64,000 bases of DNA from Candidatus Multivoradales bacterium (lineage in GTDB: Bacteria > Acidobacteriota > Thermoanaerobaculia > Multivoradales > JAHEKO01). The stretch spans positions 32,001 to 96,000 of the forward strand of contig CBDCXM010000009.1 of NCBI GenBank assembly GCA_965223855.1. Reading direction: 5' to 3'. Positions 1 to 8,220 of the stretch are shown piece after piece. How positions within the stretch are numbered: the stretch's first letter is position 1; each line of letters opens with the position of its first letter. The notes under the pieces were generated by a model that was not told where the DNA came from, ran no database searches, and saw nothing but the letters and a program-made list of their open reading frames with translations. Position numbers and translations under genes: made by a program.

Positions 1-831
1 GACCAGCGGCTGCAGCACCAGCGGCGGCACGAGCTCGTCGAGCAGCCCGCCATCGAGGTCGATGTCGAAGCGCAGCCGCTCGCCGAGCCGGATCGACTCG
101 ACCTCGAGATAGCCGCGCACGGCGTCGAGCTCGTCGCCGAGCCTCACCCAGCCGACCTCGGCCGAGTTGAGGGCATAGCGGAAAAGGTCCGCCAGCCGCT
201 CGAGCATCTGCTCGGCCGCTCGGGGATCGTCATCGATCAGCCCGGCGACCGTGTTGAGGCTGTTGAACAGGAAGTGCGGGTTGGTGCGCGCCTGGAGCGC
301 CTTGAGCTCGGCACGCAGCGCCTCCTTGCGGGCCTGTTCGGCGTGCATCTCGTCGCGCCGCGCCCTCTCTCGCAGCTTCTCGTAGCCGATGTCGATCGCC
401 AGGATCACCACCACCACCACGAGGCCGATGCGCAGGACGTCGGGACGTACGCTTTCCGCCCGCATCCCCTGGAGTCGTTCGACGATCCGCACCGCGATCT
501 CCACACCGACGGTCGTCGCCACGAGGCCGATGGCGACCTTGGCAGAGGTGACGAGAGCCGAGCCCTCGAAGCGCCTCCGCACGAGCGGCATGAGGAGTCG
601 CAGCGATTGCGACACGGTGAGCCCGATCGACAGCGAGATGATGGTGTTGAAGTACAGCGCCATCAGCCACTGCTCGAGGGTGCCGTCGATCCAGAAGGGC
701 GAAAGCAGCAGGGTCAGGATCACCGCCACCCCGACGCACCAGGCAAGCTCCGCCGGCAGCTCGCGAGTCAGGTATCGACGCAGGGTCGTCCTCCCCGACT
801 CCGAGCGCCCGGGGGCGGTGAACCGCCTCAT
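1..831 (-). CDS. LytS/YehU-family sensor histidine kinase, 3' end outside the window
   Basis: Not in the ORF track because it runs off the edge. Manual translation from ATG 831 (ATGA overlap with the upstream stop) gives N-terminal TM segments, then ELKALQARTNPHFLFNSLNTVAGLI...LADLFRYAL...VPPLVLQPLV, the LytS-type H-box. Confidence 0.9.
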   Translation of the reverse strand, partial: MRRFTAPGRSESGRTTLRRYLTRELPAELAWCVGVAVILTLLLSPFWIDGTLEQWLMALYFNTIISLSIGLTVSQSLRLLMPLVRRRFEGSALVTSAKVAIGLVATTVGVEIAVRIVERLQGMRAESVRPDVLRIGLVVVVVILAIDIGYEKLRERARRDEMHAEQARKEALRAELKALQARTNPHFLFNSLNTVAGLIDDDPRAAEQMLERLADLFRYALNSAEVGWVRLGDELDAVRGYLEVESIRLGERLRFDIDLDGGLLDELVPPLVLQPLV

Positions 832-1853
832 GGCCCTTCTTCGGGCGCCGACGCGGCGGCCTCGATCTGCTCGAAGAGGACGGCTGCGCTCACGGCGTCG
901 AACGCCGCGAGAGCCTCCGCGGTCTCGCGAGCTCTGTCGACCGATCCGCCGGCGATCGGCGGCGCGCTGAGGTAGTAGCCCACCAGCCAATGATAGGCCT
1001 CCACCAGAGTCGGGTCGGCGGCCAGCGACCGCTGGAGCGCGTCGAGCATCTCGAAGGCGTAGCGCGGGCCGTTGGACGGATCCTCGTTGATCGCCGCTCC
1101 GAGCTGCTCGGCCAGCGCAAGCCACGCCTCGCCGTTCCCGGGCTCCTCCCGGGTCCGCTCACGTGCCGCGGCGATCGGATCGCCGCTCGCGACCTCGGCC
1201 GGCCGCGCCGCAGCCTCTTCGAGCACCTCGCGGATCGAGACTCCCTCCTCGGGATCGAGCTGGGCCTGAGCCGCCATCTGCCGCCGCATCTGAGGCCAGC
1301 TCTCGGCGGGCTGGCGGGCGAGCCGGAAGCTCGCGTGCGGCGCTCCGCGCAGGGTGACCTCCATCACCATCTGCTCCTCCACCACGCCGAGCTCGACCGA
1401 GAGAAAGTCCGGCCGCTCCTCGAGGCTCCACCGGTAGAGCCCTTCTGCCGCTCCCGGGCCGGCGAAGGCCAGGGTGTGTTTCTGGACCCCCAGCCCTTCC
1501 ATGCCCCCCTCCTCGGTCAGCATCCAACGGCCGGCGTCATCGCGCCACAGCACGAAGTCGAGATAGGTCTCGCGGTTGAGGGCGGAGCGGCTGTGGAGAC
1601 TGCCGTCGGCGCGCTCGTCCCACAACATGGCGAACGGCATCGGGCCCATCGGCGTGTCGTTCTCCTCGCCCGCCCAACCTCCGATCAAGCGAGGGATCAT
1701 CGTCTCGACTCCGCCTGCCGGCGAAGCGCTCTCGGCAGGTGCGGCCGAAGCCACGCCGAAGAGGAGCAGAATCCAGGGCGTCAGAAGACCTGCGATCATC
1801 CGCTTCGAGGTCCGGGTGCCTGGCGTGTCGTTCAGAAGGCTCGCTTCGCGCAT
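828..1853 (-). CDS. Exported hypothetical protein with C-terminal TPR-like helices
   Basis: ATG 1853 has an AAGGAG RBS. Signal-like LLTPWILLLFGVASA. C-terminal EAWLALAEQLG/EAYHWLVGYYLSAPPIAGGS helices. Confidence 0.7.
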   Translation of the reverse strand: MREASLLNDTPGTRTSKRMIAGLLTPWILLLFGVASAAPAESASPAGGVETMIPRLIGGWAGEENDTPMGPMPFAMLWDERADGSLHSRSALNRETYLDFVLWRDDAGRWMLTEEGGMEGLGVQKHTLAFAGPGAAEGLYRWSLEERPDFLSVELGVVEEQMVMEVTLRGAPHASFRLARQPAESWPQMRRQMAAQAQLDPEEGVSIREVLEEAAARPAEVASGDPIAAARERTREEPGNGEAWLALAEQLGAAINEDPSNGPRYAFEMLDALQRSLAADPTLVEAYHWLVGYYLSAPPIAGGSVDRARETAEALAAFDAVSAAVLFEQIEAAASAPEEGP

Positions 1854-1936
1854 CGTTTCTCTCCTTGCTCGTTGCCACCGACGTGGTGGAACGAGAGCAA
1901 GGTACGGCGCCGCACGCCCCGGGTGGCGGGACAATC

Positions 1937-1966
1937 GACGAACGGCGCCGATCGCCCTCCCAACGG
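1937..1966 (-). promoter_or_regulatory. LytTR (AlgR-like) direct-repeat boxes
   Basis: Minus strand CCGTTGGGA and CCGTTCGTC, 21 bp apart, upstream of an operon containing a LytS kinase. Confidence 0.6.
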
Positions 1967-1998
1967 CCGCGACTCCGGGTTCCGCGACCGGTCGGCCG

Positions 1999-2403
1999 TC
2001 AGCCGGCGGCGGCGGCGAGCTCGCGGAAGCTGCCGCCGCGCACCCCGCCTTCGACCCGGATCGGCCGATTCGCCTCGTCGACGAAGACCGCCTTCGGTCT
2101 CCAGTCGCGGGCCTCGGCGTCGTCGAGCTCGACGTAGGACATGATGATCACCAGATCCCCCGGATCGACGAGCGCAGCCGCCGCGCCGTTGAGCTGAACG
2201 GTTCCGCTTCCGGGGTCGCCTGGAATCGCGTAGGTCTCGAGTCGCGCGCCGTTGGTGACATCGACCACCTGGACCTTCTCGTGATCGAGGATGTCGGCGA
2301 GCCGCATCAACTCCGGATCGAGCGTGATGCTGCCGACGTAGTCGAGGTCGGCGCCGGTGACCGTGGCGCGGTGGATCTTGCCGTTGAGAAGAGTTCTGCG
2401 CAT
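1999..2403 (-). CDS. panD: Aspartate 1-decarboxylase
   Basis: [21 protein letters not shown] (Gly-Ser pyruvoyl site), [13 protein letters not shown]. Confidence 0.97.
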   Translation of the reverse strand: MRRTLLNGKIHRATVTGADLDYVGSITLDPELMRLADILDHEKVQVVDVTNGARLETYAIPGDPGSGTVQLNGAAAALVDPGDLVIIMSYVELDDAEARDWRPKAVFVDEANRPIRVEGGVRGGSFRELAAAAG

Positions 2404-3281
2404 CAGGATGCCTCACGAATCGGTATCCCGCTCGGCGTGGCACCGGACGAGAGGAGAGTGTTGTCGATCAGACGGACTTCGCCGACCCTGGCGGCGAGCG
2501 AGACGAGCGCCGCAGCGACCGGCGTGGACAGTTCCTCGAGCGACCCGGGATCGGCGACGCTCACATACTCGAGATCGACGGACGGCGCCTCTGCGAGGTG
2601 CCGCTCGACGAGGGCGCGCAGCACGGCCGGTTCGCGCTCCCCCAGCTCCCAGGCACGGGCGGCCGAGGCGAGCGCTTCGGGAATCACCAGCGCCGCAGCT
2701 CGCTGTTCGCGATCGAGCCGGCGGTTGCGGCTGCTCATCGCCAGCCCGTCGGCGTCGCGCCGGGTGGCGCAGCGGACGACCTCCACCGGCAGATCGAGAT
2801 CGCGGACCAACGTCTCGACGACCCGCAGCTGCTGGAAGTCCTTCTCCCCGAAGTAGGCGCGGTCCGGATCGACCTGATGGAGCAGCTTGAGGACGACGGT
2901 GGCGACACCGTCGAAATGACCCGGGCGCGAGGCGCCTTCGAGCGGCCCGGCGATCGCGCCGACCGAGACCGTGGTCTGGAAGCCGGGCGGGTACATCTCC
3001 CCGACCGTTGGCGCCCACAGCGCATGACAACCCTCGCTCTCGAGCAGCTCGGCGTCGCGCTCGAGAGCGCGGGGATAGGCGGCGAGGTCGCCGCGGCCGT
3101 CGAACTGCTTCGGGTTGACGAAGATGGAAGCGACCGCGACGTCATTCTCTGCCAGCGCCCTGGCCACGAGGGTCAGGTGAGCGTCGTGGAGCGCCCCCAT
3201 CGTCGGCACGAAGCCGACCGAGCGCGCTCCCTGTCGCCGGCGCCAGCGGCGGAGCTGCTCCCGAGTCGTGAGCACCTTCAT
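2403..3281 (-). CDS. panC: Pantoate--beta-alanine ligase
   Basis: [48 protein letters not shown]. Confidence 0.97.
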   Translation of the reverse strand: MKVLTTREQLRRWRRRQGARSVGFVPTMGALHDAHLTLVARALAENDVAVASIFVNPKQFDGRGDLAAYPRALERDAELLESEGCHALWAPTVGEMYPPGFQTTVSVGAIAGPLEGASRPGHFDGVATVVLKLLHQVDPDRAYFGEKDFQQLRVVETLVRDLDLPVEVVRCATRRDADGLAMSSRNRRLDREQRAAALVIPEALASAARAWELGEREPAVLRALVERHLAEAPSVDLEYVSVADPGSLEELSTPVAAALVSLAARVGEVRLIDNTLLSSGATPSGIPIREAS

Positions 3282-4225
3282 GCCGCGTCTCCCACCGCCG
3301 CCTGGCGGGTCGCCTCCCGCTCGGCGGCGAGAACCTGTCGCAACAACGATTCGTTGACCGGGGTCGCGACACCCCCCACGCGGCCGCGCCGCACGACCTC
3401 ACCGCAGAGGCAATCGATCTCGGTCGCCGCTCCCCGTTCGAGATCCTGCAACATCGACGAGCGGTTGCCGGCCGTGCGCCGCGCGACGTCGAGCGCGATC
3501 TCTCCGACGTCTCCCGGCAGATTCACTCCCTCGGCCGCGGCGACCGCAGCGACCTCGCGCGCCGCCGATCTCAGACCTGCCCGCAGCTCCTCGGACGCCA
3601 GCAACTCGCCGTTGGTGCATCGTGCGAGCGCCGAGGCCGGGTTGATCGCGCAGTTGACGGCGAGCTTGAGCCACAGACTCGGGGCGATGTCGTGTACCAC
3701 AGTGGTGGCGAAGCCGGCCTCCTCGAGCACTCGCGCCAGCGGCGCGGCGGCTCGCGGCAGCACCGTCTCGCCGGTCGCCACCGCCTGCACCCGCCCCGGG
3801 CCGAGCACCCTCGCCGCCGCGGTCGTCGCCCCGGCCACGACCGGAATGCCCGACCCGCCCGACAGGCACTCAGCATGGCCGAGGCCGTTCTGGAGCGTAG
3901 CCACGAGCGCGTCTCGCTGCGCGACTCTTCCGACGACCTCGGCTACAACCTCGGTCGCCGCGCCTTTCACCAGGACGAGAATCAGCGGCGCCGGCTCGAG
4001 CCTCCCGGCCTGGTCGAGCGCAAGCGCCTCGACACTCTCGCGCCAACTCCCCTCCGGCTCCTCGACCTCGATCCCGCGCGAGACGAGTCGCTCGAGACCC
4101 GCGGCCCAGCCTCCCAGGAGCGTGACCCTATGCCCGGCGCGCGCCAGGCGGGCCCCGAAGTGCATCGCCAGGGCGCCGGTTCCGAGGATCGAGATCGGTG
4201 GTCGCCGCCTCAGGCGCTCAGCCAT
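3278..4225 (-). CDS. panE: 2-dehydropantoate 2-reductase
   Basis: ILGTGALA, LQNGLG, WLKLAVNCAINP, SSMLQD, TEID. Start moved to ATG 4225, which overlaps the panB stop. Confidence 0.92.
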   Translation of the reverse strand: MAERLRRRPPISILGTGALAMHFGARLARAGHRVTLLGGWAAGLERLVSRGIEVEEPEGSWRESVEALALDQAGRLEPAPLILVLVKGAATEVVAEVVGRVAQRDALVATLQNGLGHAECLSGGSGIPVVAGATTAAARVLGPGRVQAVATGETVLPRAAAPLARVLEEAGFATTVVHDIAPSLWLKLAVNCAINPASALARCTNGELLASEELRAGLRSAAREVAAVAAAEGVNLPGDVGEIALDVARRTAGNRSSMLQDLERGAATEIDCLCGEVVRRGRVGGVATPVNESLLRQVLAAEREATRQAAVGDAA

Positions 4226-5156
4226 CGGAGGCGACGCTCCACGGTGCGGTGGGAATCGAAGAGCCACGGCCGTCGAACACCTCGAGAACCCGCGGCAGGA
4301 CCCCCTCGGGCATCGCGAAGGAATGCTCGGCGGCGGGGAAGGCCCGCTGCTCGACGTCGACACGGAAGGCCTCGAGTGCCTCCACCGCCTCAGCTCCGAG
4401 CTCGGCGTAGCGCCTGACGAAGCGCGGCGCCAGACGGTCGTAGATACCGAGGACGTCGTGGTAGACGAGCACCTGCCCGTCGGTGTCGACGCCGGCGCCG
4501 ATACCGATCGTCGGCACGCCGATCCGTTCAGTGACCGCCGCCGCCAGCGGCGCCGGGATTCCCTCGAGGACGAGGGCGAAGCAGCCGGCCTCCTCGAGCG
4601 CGCGCGCGTCCTCAAGCAGCCGCAGCGCTACCTCCTCCGTGCGCCCCTGCACCCGGAAACCGCCGAGGGCGTTGGCGCTCTGCGGCGTCAGTCCGAGATG
4701 CCCCATCACCGGGATGCCGGCGGCGACGATCGCCCGCACCTGCGGGGTGACCGCGGCACCGCCCTCCAGTTTGACGGCGTCCATCCCCGCCTCCTGGAGG
4801 AAGCGCCCGGCGTTGCGGACCGCGTCCTCGACCGACACCTGATAGCTCAGGAACGGCAGATCTCCCACCAGGAGCGGCGTCGACGCGCCGCGCCGCACCG
4901 CCTTCGCGTGGTGGACCATCTCGTCCATCGTCACCGCCAGCGTGTCGTCGTGACCGAGCACCACCATGGCGAGCGAGTCGCCGACGAGGAGGACATCGAA
5001 TCCCGCTTGCTCGGCCGCGCGTGCCGACGGGTAGTCGTAGGCGGTGACCATCGAGATCGGGACGCCCTCACGGCGCCTCTCGGCCAGGGTGAGGACCGTG
5101 ACCTTCGACGTCGCGGCGCTGCGGCTTGTGGGGTGGCTGCCGGGGTGGCTGCTCAT
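4218..5156 (-). CDS. panB: 3-methyl-2-oxobutanoate hydroxymethyltransferase
   Basis: MVTAYD, LLVGDSL, VKLEGG, GHLGLTPQS, GIGAG..DGQVLV. ATG 5156 has an AAGGAG RBS. Confidence 0.97.
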   Translation of the reverse strand: MSSHPGSHPTSRSAATSKVTVLTLAERRREGVPISMVTAYDYPSARAAEQAGFDVLLVGDSLAMVVLGHDDTLAVTMDEMVHHAKAVRRGASTPLLVGDLPFLSYQVSVEDAVRNAGRFLQEAGMDAVKLEGGAAVTPQVRAIVAAGIPVMGHLGLTPQSANALGGFRVQGRTEEVALRLLEDARALEEAGCFALVLEGIPAPLAAAVTERIGVPTIGIGAGVDTDGQVLVYHDVLGIYDRLAPRFVRRYAELGAEAVEALEAFRVDVEQRAFPAAEHSFAMPEGVLPRVLEVFDGRGSSIPTAPWSVASDG

Positions 5157-5300
5157 GTGGTCGCTCCTTGCTGAGTCGAGCGACCGGGACGAGAACGTCG
5201 TCATCGAGAGACGACGACCACGCGACCGTGGCTTGCCGAGTCCGCGCTGACGCGGTCTCCGTGTTCCGTCCCGGCCCGTTTCAGGGTCCAGGCGTTTGCT
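5157..5300 (-). ncRNA. Structured panB leader, candidate pan-motif or riboswitch-like cis regulator
   Basis: Several hairpins. GGTCGCTC/GAGCGACC stem (5159-5185) covers part of the RBS. Competing pairing of 5263-5275 with 5183-5196. Confidence 0.5.
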
Positions 5301-5428
5301 GCGAAAGACCTGCTTCGAGTTCCGGTGCTTCCCGTTCCACTCGCCGTCGGCAGCGCCGATCACCGGCGGAACCTCAGAAGTTCCGGTTCCCGATTCTACC
5401 GTATTGCCCTACGCGAGACCGTGGCCCG

Positions 5429-6241
5429 CTATTCCCGGTCGGGCGCCTCGGCAGGCCGGTTGAGCTCCCAGATCCGCCGCAGCCCGTGGAGGGTCAGGAA
5501 CGGATGCACCTGATCGAGGTGACGGCTCTCGCCCACCACCAGGTCGGCGCGACCACCGGTGGCGACGATCGCCTCGAGGCCGGGGAGCTCCTCCAGAAGA
5601 CGCTCCAGGATGCCGTCGACGAGGCCGACGAAGCCGTAGAAGAGGCCCGACTGCATCGCTGTGGCGGTCGTGCTGCCGATAACGTGCGGAGGCCGGCGCA
5701 GATCGACCCGGGAGAGCCGCGAGCCGCGGCTGAAGAGCGCCTCTGCGGCGATCTCCGGCCCGGGGGCGATGATGCCGCCGATGTAGGCGCCCTCGGCATC
5801 GACGATGTCGAAGGTCAGCGCGGTGCCGAAATCGACCACCACCGCCGGCGCGCCGAACAGCTCACGAGCGGCGAGGGCGTTGCAGATACGGTCGGCCCCG
5901 ACCTCGGCAGGGTTGTCGTAGCGGATCGGCAGGCCGGTCTTCACCCCGGGCTCCACCACCACCGGTCGATGGCCGAAGAGCCGGCGCGAGACCCGCTCGA
6001 AGACCGGGGTCAACGGCGGAACGACCGACGAGATCGCCACCCCCTCACAGTCGCTCGCGGCGACGCCGGCATCGGCCAGCAGCGGCATCAGGAGCGCCGC
6101 GTACTCGTCGGCGGTGCGGTCGCGCGCCGTAGACAGGCGGATCTGGCGCACCAGCTCCTCGCCGCGGTAGATGCCGAAGACGGTGTTGGTGTTGCCGGCG
6201 TCGATGACGAGGAGCACCGCTTCCCGATTCGCCTCGCTCAT
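5429..6241 (-). CDS. coaX: Type III pantothenate kinase
   Basis: IDAGNTNT, SSVVP, EVGADR, VDFGTALTFD, GGIIAPG, ATGG. Confidence 0.96.
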   Translation of the reverse strand: MSEANREAVLLVIDAGNTNTVFGIYRGEELVRQIRLSTARDRTADEYAALLMPLLADAGVAASDCEGVAISSVVPPLTPVFERVSRRLFGHRPVVVEPGVKTGLPIRYDNPAEVGADRICNALAARELFGAPAVVVDFGTALTFDIVDAEGAYIGGIIAPGPEIAAEALFSRGSRLSRVDLRRPPHVIGSTTATAMQSGLFYGFVGLVDGILERLLEELPGLEAIVATGGRADLVVGESRHLDQVHPFLTLHGLRRIWELNRPAEAPDRE

Positions 6242-6302
6242 GCCGGGATCCTAACCCGCACCGCCGCTCGAAGGCGGCGGCGCACTGCTACGCTCCTGGG
6301 CG

Positions 6303-6896
6303 ATGGAGACCGGCCCGACACCCCTCGACGGCAGGAAGGTGCTGCTCGGCATCAGCGGTGGAATCGCCGCCTACAAGACTCCCGAGCTGGTGCGCCAGCT
6401 CGTCGCCGCGGGAGCCGCGGTCCGGGTCGTGATGACTCCCGCCGCGCAGCAGTTCGTGGCACCGCTCGCCCTCCAGACGGTGAGTGGCGGGCACGAGGTG
6501 CTGACCGATCTCTTCGCCCGCGACGAAGGGGCGGCGGTGAGGCACGTCGAGTGGGCGCGCTGGGCCGATCGGGCGCTGATCGCTCCGGCGACCGCCAACA
6601 TCCTCGGACGCCTCGCTCACGGACTTGCCGACGATCCGGTGAGCACGCTGTTTCTCGCCGTCGCCGCCCCCACGCTGCTGGCGCCGGCGATGAACGATGC
6701 GATGTGGCAGCACCCCGCGGTCGCCGACTCGGTCGCGCGGCTCGCCGGCTGGGGGTATCGCTTCGTCGGCCCGGACGTCGGCTTCCTCGCCGAGGGGTAC
6801 GAGGCGGTCGGCCGGATGTCGGAGCCGGAGACGATCGCCGCCGCACTGGCGGCACTCGGCGACGACGACCGTCCGGCGCGGGCCGTCGCCACGTGA
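6303..6896 (+). CDS. coaC: Phosphopantothenoylcysteine decarboxylase (stand-alone CoaC)
   Basis: LLGISGGIAAYK, HVEWARWAD..LIAPATAN, APAMN..MW, GRMSEPE. Confidence 0.9.
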   Translation: METGPTPLDGRKVLLGISGGIAAYKTPELVRQLVAAGAAVRVVMTPAAQQFVAPLALQTVSGGHEVLTDLFARDEGAAVRHVEWARWADRALIAPATANILGRLAHGLADDPVSTLFLAVAAPTLLAPAMNDAMWQHPAVADSVARLAGWGYRFVGPDVGFLAEGYEAVGRMSEPETIAAALAALGDDDRPARAVAT

Positions 6897-7555
6897 CGCC
6901 TCGGGACCTCGACGGCTGGCCGGTGCTGGTGAATGCCGGCCCGACCCGCGAGCACCTCGACCCGGTTCGCTTCCTCTCCAATCCGTCGAGCGGCAGGATG
7001 GGCTACGCCGTGGCCGAAGCGGCCGCCGCCCGCGGGGCGCAGGTCGAACTGGTCAGCGGCCCCAGCGTGCTCGCCGATCCGGCCGGAGTCGTCGTCACCC
7101 GGGTCACCACCGCCGACGAGATGCTGGCCGCCTGCGGCGAGCGGTTCGAGGGTTGCCGGGCGTTCGTCGCCGTCGCCGCGGTGAGTGACTTCCGACCGCG
7201 CCGCCCCGCGCTCGAGAAGCGCCCCAAGGAAGAGGTCTCCCTGACGCTCGAACTCGAACGCACGCCCGACGTCCTCGCCACACTGGCGGCCGACAAGGGT
7301 GATCGCCTGGTCGTCGGGTTCGCCGCCCAGACCGGCGACCCGATCGCCGCGGCACGCCGCAAGCTCGAAGCGAAGGGGCTCGACCTGATCGTCGCCAACG
7401 ACGTCAGCGAGGAGGGGGCCGGCTTCGAGGTCGAGACCAACCGGGTGATCGTGCTCGGCGCCGACGGATTCGAGCGCCGGCTCGGCCCGGCGCGCAAGCT
7501 CGAGATCGCGCACGGGATCTGGGATGCGATCGTAGCCGCGAGGAACCGGGATTGA
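6893..7555 (+). CDS. coaB: Phosphopantothenate--cysteine ligase (stand-alone CoaB)
   Basis: GTG start in a GTGA overlap. NAGPTREHLDPVRFLSNPSSGRMG, AAVSDFRP, VGFAAQT, DLIVAND. Confidence 0.9.
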   Translation: MTPRDLDGWPVLVNAGPTREHLDPVRFLSNPSSGRMGYAVAEAAAARGAQVELVSGPSVLADPAGVVVTRVTTADEMLAACGERFEGCRAFVAVAAVSDFRPRRPALEKRPKEEVSLTLELERTPDVLATLAADKGDRLVVGFAAQTGDPIAAARRKLEAKGLDLIVANDVSEEGAGFEVETNRVIVLGADGFERRLGPARKLEIAHGIWDAIVAARNRD

Positions 7556-8142
7556 AGGGCACAGAGTCGAACCCGCTCTTCTTCGAGTCTCCCGCGCTCT
7601 TCCGGGCGTGGCTCGCCGAGCACCACGCGGGGGAGACCGAGCTGTGGGTCGGCTTCTACAAGAAGGGAACCGGGCGGCCGAGCCTCACGTGGCCCGAATC
7701 GGTCGACGAGGCGCTGTGCTTCGGCTGGATCGACGGCATCCGCAAGCGGCTCGACGACGAGGCGTACGTCATCCGCTTCACCCCCCGCAAGCCGAACAGC
7801 AAGTGGAGCGCCGTCAATCTCGCCAACATGAAGCGGCTCCTCGAAGAGGACCGGGTCGAGAAGGCGGGCCTCGAGGCGTGGGAGAGCCGCAACCGCAAGG
7901 AATCCGGCTATTCGTACGAGCAGCATCGCGCCGCCCGTCTGAGCACCGACTTCCAGCGGCGCTTCGAGGCGGAGACCGCCGCCTGGGACTACTTCCAGCG
8001 GCAGGCGCCGTGGTACCGGCGCGCGGCGATCCACTGGGTGACGAGCGCCAAGAAGGAGGAGACCCGCGAGCGACGGCTCGGCCTCCTGATCGAGCATTCC
8101 GGAGCCGGCGAGGCGATTCCGCCGCTGCGGCGTCCCAGCTGA
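7552..8142 (+). CDS. YdeI/OmpD-associated family protein
   Basis: FRAWLAEHH...ELWVGFYKK...EALCFGWIDG, RFTPRKPNSKWS, WVTSAKKEETRERRL. Confidence 0.88.
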   Translation: MKGTESNPLFFESPALFRAWLAEHHAGETELWVGFYKKGTGRPSLTWPESVDEALCFGWIDGIRKRLDDEAYVIRFTPRKPNSKWSAVNLANMKRLLEEDRVEKAGLEAWESRNRKESGYSYEQHRAARLSTDFQRRFEAETAAWDYFQRQAPWYRRAAIHWVTSAKKEETRERRLGLLIEHSGAGEAIPPLRRPS

Positions 8143-8152
8143 AGCCGGCGAA

Positions 8153-8220
8153 CACCGGGCTCGGACGGCCCGGGTCGTACGGCCCGGGTCGTACGGCCCG
8201 GCTCGAACAGCCCGGGCCGG
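8153..8220. repeat. 14-bp degenerate tandem repeat between convergent genes
   Basis: CGGCCCGGGTCGTA at 8166 and 8180, with degenerate copies at 8194, 8208 and about 8153. Confidence 0.7.

Noticed and set aside
2598-5174. Long antisense or alternate-frame ORFs (also 12350-15037, 24847-27264, 36607-39162, 53091-56708)
   Set aside because: They are shadows of well-supported genes in high-GC DNA and carry no family motifs.
5126-6892. 809-aa ORF as an extended CoaB
   Set aside because: The upstream part overlaps coaX and coaC and is Arg-rich junk. Homology starts at GTG 6893.
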